A stretch of 64,000 nucleotides of DNA from Chloroflexota bacterium. GTDB taxonomy: Bacteria; Chloroflexota; Anaerolineae; UBA2200; JACIWT01. A program made the translations under genes and the position numbers. Under the pieces are notes generated by a model, which had not been told where the DNA came from, did not search any database, and saw only the letters and a list, made by a program, of their open reading frames with translations. The stretch covers positions 47,165-111,164 of the forward strand of contig JACIWT010000006.1 of assembly GCA_014360825.1 (NCBI GenBank), given 5' to 3'. This document shows positions 41,900 to 50,063 of the stretch, in pieces; within the stretch, counting starts at the first letter, position 1, and each line of letters opens with the position of its first letter.

Positions 41900-42913
41900 A
41901 TGCGCGTTTCCAAATTGGGGGAGTTTGGGCTTATCGCCCGCATCGCCAAAATGGTGGGTGAGCCAGGCGACGATGTGGTAGTGGGCATTGGCGATGACGT
42001 GGCTGTGCTCCGCACTGGCGGCGGTGACAAATACCACCTGGCTACCTGCGATATCCAGGTGGAAGGGATTCATTTCATTAGGGATAAAATCTCGCCTTAC
42101 CAACTGGGTAGAAAAGCCGTGGCCATCAATTTGAGTGATATCGCCTCTATGGGCGGCGTGCCCAAGCAACTTTTGGTTTCACTGGTCCTACCAGAGGACA
42201 CCTCAGTATCATACGTAGACGCTATGTACGAAGGCATAAAAGCAGAAACGGATTGTTGTGGAGTAAACATCGTAGGCGGCAACATAGCCCGTTCACCATC
42301 AGGTTTGATTGTGGATATCTTCCTGTTGGGGGAGGTGGAGCCGGAGCATCTTCTATTGCGCTCCGGGGCGAAGGTGGGTGATAGGGTGCTGGTCACCGGT
42401 TATGTCGGAGATTCGGCTGCCGGCTTAGCATATCTACTCGCTCCAGAGACGCGCTGTAAGAAGGCTCGCGCTCAGCGGGTCCTAGAGGCCCATCTTACGC
42501 CTACCCCGCGTCTCAAAGAGGGGAGGACCATCGCCAAGTCGGGCATGGCCACTGCTATGATAGACATCAGCGACGGTACACTCGGTGACCTCGGACACAT
42601 CTGCGAGAGAAGCGGGGTTGGAGCAAGGGTCTGGGTCGAGCGCCTTCCCATCTCTGAAGTTGCGCGGGAAATAGCAGAGGCAATGGAGAAAGACCCTCTG
42701 AAATGGGCTCTTGGCGGGGGAGAGGACTACGAATTGCTTTTCACCGTGCCATCAGAGAAGGCAGAGAAACTGGCTGCCCTTGTACATGAAGAGACGGGTA
42801 CGCCAGTTTCAGTGATAGGAGAAATAGTGCCTGCCAAAGAGGGGATACAGGTGGTCCGTGAGAGCGGGGAATCCTTCTCACTGGAACACGAGGGTTGGGA
42901 TCATTTCCGATAA
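41900..42913 (+). CDS. thiL: Thiamine-monophosphate kinase
   Basis: [10 protein letters not shown]...[10 protein letters not shown]...[12 protein letters not shown]...[17 protein letters not shown]...GGNIA...MIDISDG...[10 protein letters not shown]. Confidence 0.85.
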   Translation: MRVSKLGEFGLIARIAKMVGEPGDDVVVGIGDDVAVLRTGGGDKYHLATCDIQVEGIHFIRDKISPYQLGRKAVAINLSDIASMGGVPKQLLVSLVLPEDTSVSYVDAMYEGIKAETDCCGVNIVGGNIARSPSGLIVDIFLLGEVEPEHLLLRSGAKVGDRVLVTGYVGDSAAGLAYLLAPETRCKKARAQRVLEAHLTPTPRLKEGRTIAKSGMATAMIDISDGTLGDLGHICERSGVGARVWVERLPISEVAREIAEAMEKDPLKWALGGGEDYELLFTVPSEKAEKLAALVHEETGTPVSVIGEIVPAKEGIQVVRESGESFSLEHEGWDHFR

Positions 42914-42923
42914 GGAGAAAGGC

Positions 42924-43721
42924 ATGAAAAGAGCGATGACCATTGCTGGCTCGGACTCTGGCGGCGGGGCCGGGCTCCAGGCTGACCTCAAGACTTTTGC
43001 CGCCCTAGGTGTCTATGGCATGAGTGCTGTCACCGCCGTCACCGCTCAGAACACGGTGGGCGTCCAAGGGGTGATCGAGTTGCCAGCCGATTTCGTGGGC
43101 TTACAGATAGACTCCGTAGTGACGGACATCGGTGTAGACGCCGTGAAAACGGGGATGTTAGCCAACGCAGAGATCATCGCCGTGGTGGCAGCAAAAGTAA
43201 GAGAGTACAATCTTCCTAACCTGGTAGTGGACCCCGTTATGATAGCCAAGAGCGGTGATCCACTCCTGAGGGAAGATGCTCGCCAGGCCCTGGTGAACCT
43301 CCTTATTCCCCTGGCCAAGGTACTTACCCCCAATCTACACGAAGCCCAAGCCCTCACCGGAATGGAGATTGGGAGCCTAGAGGCTATGAAGGAAGCAGCC
43401 CGGGCAATACACCGGCTAGGGGCACAAAATGTGGTGGTCAAAGGAGGGCATCTGCCTTGCTCAGGTGAGAGCATTGACGTCCTTTACGACGGCCACGGCT
43501 TCATCGAGTTCACCGCACCTCGGATTGAGACGAGAAACACTCATGGTACTGGTTGTACATTCGCCTCCGCCATCGCTGCCGAATTAGCAAAGGGGCGATC
43601 GGTGCAAGAGTCAGTGAGCGCAGCAAAAGCATACCTGACGATGACGCTGCGGGCCTCGGCGAATCTGCACCTGGGCCAGGGACACGGCCCCCTCAACCAC
43701 TTGGCCGAATTTTGCAAATAG
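42924..43721 (+). CDS. thiD: Hydroxymethylpyrimidine / phosphomethylpyrimidine kinase
   Basis: [28 protein letters not shown]...VKTGML...VVDPVM...TPNLHEA...VVVKGGH...[15 protein letters not shown] place the start at ATG 42924 (AAGGAGA upstream); the track ORF starts at 42858. Confidence 0.9.
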   Translation: MKRAMTIAGSDSGGGAGLQADLKTFAALGVYGMSAVTAVTAQNTVGVQGVIELPADFVGLQIDSVVTDIGVDAVKTGMLANAEIIAVVAAKVREYNLPNLVVDPVMIAKSGDPLLREDARQALVNLLIPLAKVLTPNLHEAQALTGMEIGSLEAMKEAARAIHRLGAQNVVVKGGHLPCSGESIDVLYDGHGFIEFTAPRIETRNTHGTGCTFASAIAAELAKGRSVQESVSAAKAYLTMTLRASANLHLGQGHGPLNHLAEFCK

Positions 43722-43747
43722 ATGGATTAAAGGACACTATAGTCAGG

Positions 43748-43893
43748 GCCAGTAGACCTCAACCGTGTAAACCCGTCAAGAGAGGCCACAAATCGGCAAC
43801 CTAATGCATCATTTCGTAACTTAGAATGTCCAATTTGAGCAGTTCCTATCGTGGGCAACGACGGTCCTGCATATTTTGAGGTCGGCTACTGGC
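43748..43893. repeat. Long-range inverted repeat (15 bp with a 3-nt bulge) enclosing about 113 nt
   Basis: GCCAGTAGACCTCAA (43748-43762) is the reverse complement of TTGAGGTC-ggc-TACTGGC (43876-43893). Confidence 0.55.
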
Positions 43894-44763
43894 TCTAGAC
43901 TCATGAGAGACGCCATCCTAAAAAGCTCACACTTCAGTCCAGCCCCATTACGCAGACGGCGCGCGACGGCTAACCCTTGCTCCTCGAGTTCGGGTTTATG
44001 CAGTGGGTAGGGTGCATACCAATCTACAGAGGAGTCCTACCGACGCATTCGGTATCCAGTGCGCGCTGACAGCAACTTGAACTTGAATGGGGAGCGGCAA
44101 CTCAACGTGGGACGCGTGTGCCAGATAGTATTGTTCAGTCGTGAGGACGTGATCGAGACAGGGGTCCCGCGTCTCGACCGACCGTTAGGTTTCTCCGTGC
44201 GGCGAGTCCTAACTTGCTAAGTAGTGAGCAGCTAGTTTGTCTCTATATAGCAGCATAATGGTATATAACAAGTAACACCATTATGTTGAGAGGTCTGGGA
44301 AAAGGGCTCTTTCATGCTTAACTTTATGTCGTATTGCTTTCAGCATATCTTGGTCTTTTTGAATCCTCGTAAAGGGGTGAGATTACCCCGGACCCCACCG
44401 CCGCAATCCAAGCCATGAGTTGGCGGTCAAAGTCATCTACCAACTGCATCGGTTCCGCCCTCAAAATCGATGGCTCCCCACTGTCTGGCTGTTATCCATT
44501 GCCTTCACTTCTCGGCTGCCGGCGAACGTCCCACTGGGACACCCCCTACTGCCTGCCACTCCCAGCGATCACAACTGGGTCGGTTCCATCTCCGGCTCTG
44601 CGGTCAATGCCTCCTGCTTCAACCGTGAGTAAAGCCGAAGCCGCTTAGATATCGCTAATGAAGAATCGCCCTTCGTCGCGACGGAATGGATTCACTACCA
44701 TATCCTCCTATCTGACTGAATTCCTCAGATCTCAGCGATCGGTGTATCACCAGATTTCGCTCC

Positions 44764-44889
44764 TACGTGGCCCAAGAAAGTGCTAATTTTTGATGCTATC
44801 ACTTCCAAATCAGTACATTGGACAAAACCAATGCCCCGCGGATTGTAATCCGCGGGGCAAATTCGCAACAAATAGCAGTAGTAAGCGCT
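44764..44889 (+). repeat. Right copy of an imperfect direct repeat flanking the thi module
   Basis: TACGTGGCC (44764-44772), AATTTTTGATGCTATC (44785-44800), AACAAATAGCA (44867-44877) and TAAGCGCT (44882-44889), collinear with 38745-38808. Confidence 0.45.
44834..44857 (-). terminator. Rho-independent terminator of the polysaccharide operon (downstream of rfbB)
   Basis: Perfect palindrome CCCCGCGGATT-gt-AATCCGCGGGG. On the minus strand it is followed by CATTGGTTTTGTCC. It lies 31 nt downstream of the rfbB stop. Confidence 0.75.
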
Positions 44890-45943
44890 AGCGCGTCTCG
44901 TTCTTGTGGGATGGTAGCGCCGATCTCGGCAACTCGCGTCCTTCGTACTGCCGCCGATAATATTCCTGATAGTGCTGCCCCGACTTGATCTTACGCCACC
45001 ACCATTCATTTTCGATATACCAGCGTACCGTCTTGCCCAACGCTTGTTCTAAAGAATGGCGCGATTTCCAACCTAGCGCACGTATCTTACTGATGTCCAG
45101 TGAGTAACGCCGGTCATGGCCAGGACGATCCTGAACCGGCTGGATAAGCGAGTAGGGCTTGCCCAGAATGTCTAATATCATGCGTGCCACGTCAATGTTT
45201 CGCGTCTCAAGCCCTGTGCCTAAGTTATAGATCTCGCCGGGCGTGCCGTGATGTAACACGACATCAATACCCTCACAATGATCCAAGACGTATTGATAAT
45301 CTCGCATCTGGCAACCGTCACCGTACAGGGGTAGAGGGATATCATCAATGGCGTTCGTGATGAAGAGTGGCACAACTTTCTCTGGATATTGAAAGGGACC
45401 GATATTGTTAGAGCCACGCGTTATGGTCACCGGTACCCCGAAACTGACGTAATAAGCATGCACCATCAGATCGGCGCCGGCTTTGCTGGCTGAATAGGGG
45501 CTGCGAGTTTCCAAAGGATCCGTTTCCTTGGCAGAACCCTCCATCACCTCACCATAAACCTCATCCGTGCTTATCTGGTGATAGCGCTCAACACCGTGTT
45601 TCCTGGCGGCCTCGAGGAGAACGTAGGTCCCATAGATATCGGTCTGGATAAAATGCCCTGGTTCCATTAACGAGCGGTCCACGTGAGTTTCGGCAGCGAA
45701 ATTGACAATGGTGTCTATTTCATATTCGCTTATGACCGCATCAACGTGGGCAGGGTCACATATGTCACCTTTCACAAACCGGAAGCGTGGGTTATCGGCA
45801 ACGTCCCGGAGATTGTCAAGATTGCCGGCATAGGTTAGTTTGTCATACACGACCACGCGGTAGTCGGGGTATTTATCGAGGATATAGCGAACGAAATTAC
45901 TGCCGATAAAGCCAGCACCACCCGTGATGAGCATGTTCCGCAT
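44888..45943 (-). CDS. rfbB: dTDP-glucose 4,6-dehydratase
   Basis: MLITGGAGFIGSNFV...HFAAETHVDRS...YSASKAGAD (YxxxK)...RPGHDRRYSLD. Confidence 0.93.
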   Translation of the reverse strand: MRNMLITGGAGFIGSNFVRYILDKYPDYRVVVYDKLTYAGNLDNLRDVADNPRFRFVKGDICDPAHVDAVISEYEIDTIVNFAAETHVDRSLMEPGHFIQTDIYGTYVLLEAARKHGVERYHQISTDEVYGEVMEGSAKETDPLETRSPYSASKAGADLMVHAYYVSFGVPVTITRGSNNIGPFQYPEKVVPLFITNAIDDIPLPLYGDGCQMRDYQYVLDHCEGIDVVLHHGTPGEIYNLGTGLETRNIDVARMILDILGKPYSLIQPVQDRPGHDRRYSLDISKIRALGWKSRHSLEQALGKTVRWYIENEWWWRKIKSGQHYQEYYRRQYEGRELPRSALPSHKNETR

Positions 45944-46029
45944 GTTGAGGGCTTTACCTCCTCATCTGTAAGATAGATCGGCCCAACACCAATGTCGGAG
46001 AAATTGATCCAGCATAATCTGCGGCTGTG

Positions 46030-47427
46030 TTATACACGAATCGTGTGTGCAATTACCTGCTTCACTTTCCGCAGGATCTTCCGTGGCTGAGCATAACGTT
46101 GCCATAGGTAACGTATGCGACGCTTGAGCGCGTTGATTGGCCTGCGCCGCTGTGATTCTATCAACGCCCAATTCAACCACTCGTAATCTACCCCTTTGAT
46201 CTTGGCTTCTGTGGGATTCCGGCGATAACTATCGTGGTCTTTAATCAGAGACAGATCGTGCTCCTGGCAGTAAGTAAACAGATCGCTGCCAGGATGAGGC
46301 GTGTAGAAAGCAGGGCTGTAGTAATCAGGATCAATCTCTTTCAACATGCTGATGGTCTCCATCACTTCCTCTTTTGTCTCCGTGGGGAGACCTAGCATGT
46401 AGTTGGCCCAGATGGAAATCCCGTATCTGCGACAGATGCGCGCCGCCTCGATATTCTGCCAGCGCTTGGTGCCTTTGCGAATGAAGCGCAGGACGCGATC
46501 GCTGCCGCTCTCAAAGCCGATAAGATAGCCGCGCAGCCCCACCTCGGCCATCCGCTTCACCATATCTTCGTTCTGAACGATGATATCGGCACGGCTCTGG
46601 CAGAAGAAGGGTTGGGTAAAGCCCGCGGCACGGTAAGCGTCACAGAACTCGATAACCCAATCTCGGTCTTCGGTCAGACAATCATCATGGAACATGAAAC
46701 TATTGAAGTGATACTTGGCATGCAATTGTTGTAACTCCGCCAGCACGTTTGGCACGCTACGACGACGTACTTTGCGACCAAATATCATCCGCTCGGCAGG
46801 TTGGCAGTAGCTGCAGTTGTAGATACAACCACGCCCCGCAATGATGGTCACAAAAGGCGGAGGCAATTCTGGCACAAAGGGTGTTTCGGGTGAATCCAAG
46901 CCGTAGCCCCACTTACGCCACTCCGAGAGGAAGAAATCGTGGTCAGCGAAAGGTATAGCGTCCAAGTCCGGCTGGGTGGGTTTAATTACCCGGTCCACTC
47001 TCTTACCATGCTGGATCTTATCCAGGAATTCAGGGAAGGAGATCTCGCCCTCGCCAAGGAAAATGTGGTCAATGCGATCGTTGCCTTCCAACTCCTCCAT
47101 CGCTATGGTAGGATGTGGGCCGCCAACCACGGTAATGGCTTTGGGTAGGGCTTCACGGACGATTTCCAGACACCTCATCGCTGGGTTATAGTCCACGCTC
47201 ATCATGGTCACCCCGACAACATCAGGGCGGCGTTGAGTAATCTCCTCACGAAAGTGGTCCCAGCCTCTGAGAGCCCGGAGATCAATCAGGTTCACCTCGC
47301 ACCCCGCTTGACGAGCGCAGGGAGCCAATATCGCCAGACCGTGGCTTATCCACCCAGCATCCATGCCTTGGCCCAGGCTGTTGAAGCCCTTGCCAACGAT
47401 GCCCGGGTAAATGAGCGTGACTTTCAC
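46030..47427 (-). CDS. Cobalamin-binding-domain radical SAM enzyme (class B-like)
   Basis: The N-terminal B12-binding-like Rossmann segment (KVTLIYPG...VVGVTMMS...VVGGPHPT) is followed by the radical SAM cluster motif GRGCIYNCSYCQP (CxxxCxxC). The GTG start overlaps the rfbA TGA (GTGA at 47424-47427). Confidence 0.85.
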   Translation of the reverse strand: MKVTLIYPGIVGKGFNSLGQGMDAGWISHGLAILAPCARQAGCEVNLIDLRALRGWDHFREEITQRRPDVVGVTMMSVDYNPAMRCLEIVREALPKAITVVGGPHPTIAMEELEGNDRIDHIFLGEGEISFPEFLDKIQHGKRVDRVIKPTQPDLDAIPFADHDFFLSEWRKWGYGLDSPETPFVPELPPPFVTIIAGRGCIYNCSYCQPAERMIFGRKVRRRSVPNVLAELQQLHAKYHFNSFMFHDDCLTEDRDWVIEFCDAYRAAGFTQPFFCQSRADIIVQNEDMVKRMAEVGLRGYLIGFESGSDRVLRFIRKGTKRWQNIEAARICRRYGISIWANYMLGLPTETKEEVMETISMLKEIDPDYYSPAFYTPHPGSDLFTYCQEHDLSLIKDHDSYRRNPTEAKIKGVDYEWLNWALIESQRRRPINALKRRIRYLWQRYAQPRKILRKVKQVIAHTIRV

Positions 47428-48488
47428 AATACGCCCACCTTGCTATTGTCACCTAACGTCATCTTGTAGGCCCGTGGTTTGAGCGGCGAGCGCACGATCT
47501 CAACATTTCTGCCAATCAGACTATCTTCAATGCGCTGGTCAATGTCCACTATCCGCGAGTGTTCCAGAATGATGGAATGTTCGATCTCGCTCTTCTCGAT
47601 CAAGACGTGATGATAGATAGAAGTGAAAGGGCCAATGTAGGAGTTGACGATGCGCGTTTCTTCCCCGATGATGGCTGGGCCACGAATGACGCTGTTAATG
47701 ATCTCCGCGCCTTTCTCGACCGTTACCTTGCCAATCAGACGTGAATCACGGTCTACATATCCCTCAATATAAGGTTCCAATTCCTCCAGCACCAAGCGGT
47801 TGGCGTCGAGCATATCACCTGGGCGGCCTGTGTCTATCCACCAGCCTTCGTGTATATAAGGATGCACTCGATAGCCATGGTCTACTAGATATTGGATGGC
47901 ATCGGTGATCTCCAGTTCGTTACGCCAGGAGGGACGGATGGCGTTGACTGCCTCGAAGATGTGATGATCGAACATGTAGATGCCCACCAGCGCTAAGTCA
48001 CTGGGTGGGTCCTGGGGTTTTTCGACCAAGCGAACGACACGCCCGTCTTTAAGTTCGGCCACGCCATACAGCCGCGGGTTCGCCACGCGCGTGAGTACTA
48101 TCTGGCAGTTGTAATCGGAATCTTGGAACTGGCGAATGAGGTCAGAAATACCACCCTCGATGACGTTATCACCCAAAAACATGACGAACCGCTCTTCCCC
48201 GAGGTATTCCTGCGAGATCTTGACTGCATGGGCCAGACCAAGCGGTGCTTCCTGTGGGATATAAGTGATGTTCACTCCCCAACGAGAGCCATCGCCTACC
48301 GCCTGCATAATCTCGGGCGCTGTGTCGCCCACCACTACCCCAATGTCAATAATCCCCGCTTCTTTGATGGCCTCAATAACCCGAAAGAGAACGGGCTTAT
48401 TCGCCACTGGGACGAGTTGTTTCGCGCTCGTATAAGTGATTGGATAGAGTCGCGTGCCCTTTCCGCCACTAAGAACAAGCCCCTTCAT
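47424..48488 (-). CDS. rfbA: Glucose-1-phosphate thymidylyltransferase (long form with a C-terminal left-handed beta-helix domain)
   Basis: MKGLVLSGGKGTRLYPITYTSAKQLVPVANKPVLF...FLGDN...VEKP, with hexapeptide repeats in the C-terminal third. Confidence 0.85.
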   Translation of the reverse strand: MKGLVLSGGKGTRLYPITYTSAKQLVPVANKPVLFRVIEAIKEAGIIDIGVVVGDTAPEIMQAVGDGSRWGVNITYIPQEAPLGLAHAVKISQEYLGEERFVMFLGDNVIEGGISDLIRQFQDSDYNCQIVLTRVANPRLYGVAELKDGRVVRLVEKPQDPPSDLALVGIYMFDHHIFEAVNAIRPSWRNELEITDAIQYLVDHGYRVHPYIHEGWWIDTGRPGDMLDANRLVLEELEPYIEGYVDRDSRLIGKVTVEKGAEIINSVIRGPAIIGEETRIVNSYIGPFTSIYHHVLIEKSEIEHSIILEHSRIVDIDQRIEDSLIGRNVEIVRSPLKPRAYKMTLGDNSKVGVL

Positions 48489-48567
48489 CTACAACCTCCT
48501 ACCTATCCAGATAAAGCATAGCCGAGGGCGTGCCCCGGCTATGGAATTCTCTGACCAAGTCGCTGGC

Positions 48568-49260
48568 CTAGATCTCATCTCGTCCCGCATAGTAGCGTCC
48601 CAGGCTGGTGTCCAGGGCCACATTATTCAGAACAACGCCAAGCAAATTGGCGTTGACCTTCTCTAATCGGCTTTTCGCGACTCTCACATTGTCACGTCTC
48701 GTCTGGCCAGCACTGACGACAAGCAGAACGCCGTCGACTTTGGTGGCTAGCACTGTCGCGTCGGCGACGGCCATCACCGGTGGGGCATCGAGTAAGAGCA
48801 TGTCCGCATCGGCCAACAAGACTTGGATGACCTCGTCCATGCGCCGTGAGCCGAGCAGGTCAGACGGACTCGGTGGCAGTGCGCCGCTCGCCAGAAGACG
48901 CAGACCATTCACACCGGTTTCCTGGAGCGGTGGATTTTTCATGGCCACTGCATCTACCATCATGGTCGTGAGACCGCGTTCATTGCTCAAACCGAATAGT
49001 TTATGCAATACCGGGCGGCGCAAGTCGCAATCCACGAGAATCACTCGCTTCTCTGCCTGAGCCAAGGTCACCGCCAAGTTACCTAAAGTAGTGGACTTAC
49101 CCTCGCCTGGCCCGGCCGATGTAACCAACAAAGTACGGAGTTCCTTGTCCAAACTAGCGAACTGGAGGTTCGTCCGCAGAGCGCGATAAGCCTCGCTCAC
49201 AGGAGAACGGGGATCAGAGATAGTAACCAGCAGATCTGTGCGCAAATCCTGGGTCCTCAT
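48568..49260 (-). CDS. CpsD/CapB-family bacterial tyrosine kinase (BY-kinase, stand-alone catalytic protein)
   Basis: Walker A SAGPGEGKSTT, Walker A' VILVDCDLRRP and Walker B MLLLDAPP. I place the start at ATG 49260 (MRTQDL...), which overlaps the upstream stop (ATGA). The track ORF extends to 49437. Confidence 0.85.
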   Translation of the reverse strand: MRTQDLRTDLLVTISDPRSPVSEAYRALRTNLQFASLDKELRTLLVTSAGPGEGKSTTLGNLAVTLAQAEKRVILVDCDLRRPVLHKLFGLSNERGLTTMMVDAVAMKNPPLQETGVNGLRLLASGALPPSPSDLLGSRRMDEVIQVLLADADMLLLDAPPVMAVADATVLATKVDGVLLVVSAGQTRRDNVRVAKSRLEKVNANLLGVVLNNVALDTSLGRYYAGRDEI

Positions 49261-50003
49261 AGATATGTCTCCTCGCTTTGTGCCTGCTGTCCGGCCTTTG
49301 CCAGAGGCCACCAACGCCGGCGGCGGGTTTGAGGCCGTCGTTCTGGCATGCTCGCTGTTGGAATGGCACCCAGAACCGTAACCCCCAAGTAGCGTTCCAC
49401 CTCTCGCGCGCTGTGGATAATATCCGCCTGGAGCCACTCCAACACGAAGATCACTACGAAACCCAATATCAAGCCGAAAACCGCCCCGGCAAGCGTATTG
49501 ATTTTGGTCTTGGGCTTGTGAAGCACGCCGGGCAGGGCGCTGTCGCGGATAGAAACATCCACTCGATCACTTTTGTCCTGATCCAGCATATAGATGCGGA
49601 TATTCTCCACAAAGACCTCGGCAGTGGTCTGGGCCAGTTGTTGCGCGATAAGTGGATCCTCATCATCTACGTCAATCTGGATCAAGAAGTCGGATTCAAT
49701 GGGGCTAACTGTCATCTTCTTGCGCAGTTCGCCGGGGGTAAGGTCTATGTTGAGTCGCCGGATGACCTCTGCCGCGGTCTTATCTGAATCGATCTGTCCG
49801 CGATAGTTGCGCAAGAGATTCTTAATAGTCTGCTGCAAGCCCCAATCCAGCCGTGCTGGAATAACGTTTAATTGGATGGTAGAACGATAGATGGGAACCT
49901 GCATCTTACTGAACACGTAGGCGCTAACGGAAGTGATGCATGCCAACAAAATGAGAATCCACGCACGCCTGACCAGAATATTCCAATACTCTCTTAGTTC
50001 CAC
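49257..50003 (-). CDS. Polysaccharide co-polymerase / chain-length determinant (Wzz/YwqC-like BY-kinase modulator)
   Basis: N-terminal TM segment (AWILILLACITSVSAYVF), a periplasmic/extracellular domain, a second TM segment (AGAVFGLILGFVVIFVLEWL), and a short cytoplasmic tail. Translationally coupled to the kinase. Confidence 0.7.
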   Translation of the reverse strand: MELREYWNILVRRAWILILLACITSVSAYVFSKMQVPIYRSTIQLNVIPARLDWGLQQTIKNLLRNYRGQIDSDKTAAEVIRRLNIDLTPGELRKKMTVSPIESDFLIQIDVDDEDPLIAQQLAQTTAEVFVENIRIYMLDQDKSDRVDVSIRDSALPGVLHKPKTKINTLAGAVFGLILGFVVIFVLEWLQADIIHSAREVERYLGVTVLGAIPTASMPERRPQTRRRRWWPLAKAGQQAQSEETYL

Positions 50004-50063
50004 TTAGACCTCCTCAATAATTGTAGCATAGGATGCGGATGTGGCAAAGCAGGCGATCCACCC

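Noticed and set aside
44059-44063. GTGCG in the ORF-free tract could be a group II intron 5' end.
   Set aside because: There is no domain V-like sequence (..AGCCGTAT...GTACGGTT..), no reverse transcriptase or maturase ORF, and the tract is too short for an intact intron.
44145-44164. GGACGTGATCGAGACAGGGG resembles the 5' end of bacterial tmRNA (GGGGACGT..GGATTCGACAGGG).
   Set aside because: There is no downstream tag-peptide reading frame ending in a typical ...AA-stop, no pseudoknot-like continuation I could trace, and no tRNA-like T-arm or CCA-proximal 3' end within several hundred nt. This is most likely a chance resemblance.
44415-44648. Two overlapping plus-strand ORFs (77 aa and 70 aa) in the ORF-free tract.
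   Set aside because: They overlap each other in different frames, lack SD sequences and have Ser/Pro/Cys-rich non-protein-like translations.
44380-44701. A single minus-strand frame that stays protein-like for about 105 codons but carries three internal in-frame stops (TAA, TAG, TAA). I considered a pseudogene or stop-codon read-through.
   Set aside because: Three internal stops plus the terminal one in about 105 codons is close to the roughly five expected at random. All other genes in the window use the standard code. I therefore make no pseudogene call and report it only as part of the ORF-free tract.
44787-44815. Promoter-like TTGATG-17-GTACAT in the right-hand repeat copy, pointing into the 3' end of rfbB (a possible antisense promoter).
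   Set aside because: The -10 element is poor and no downstream gene exists. It is more simply explained as a degenerate copy of the thi promoter -35 region within the direct repeat.
48568-49437. Long N-terminal extensions in the ORF track. Examples are the BY-kinase ORF to 49437, MATE to 29328, pyrG to 12303, mnmE to 53397, MFS to 54899 and thiD from 42858.
   Set aside because: In each case an internal ATG/GTG/TTG has a good SD, a 4-nt overlap with the upstream stop, or an N-terminus typical of the family. That internal start fits better, and the extensions would overlap neighbouring genes or promoters.
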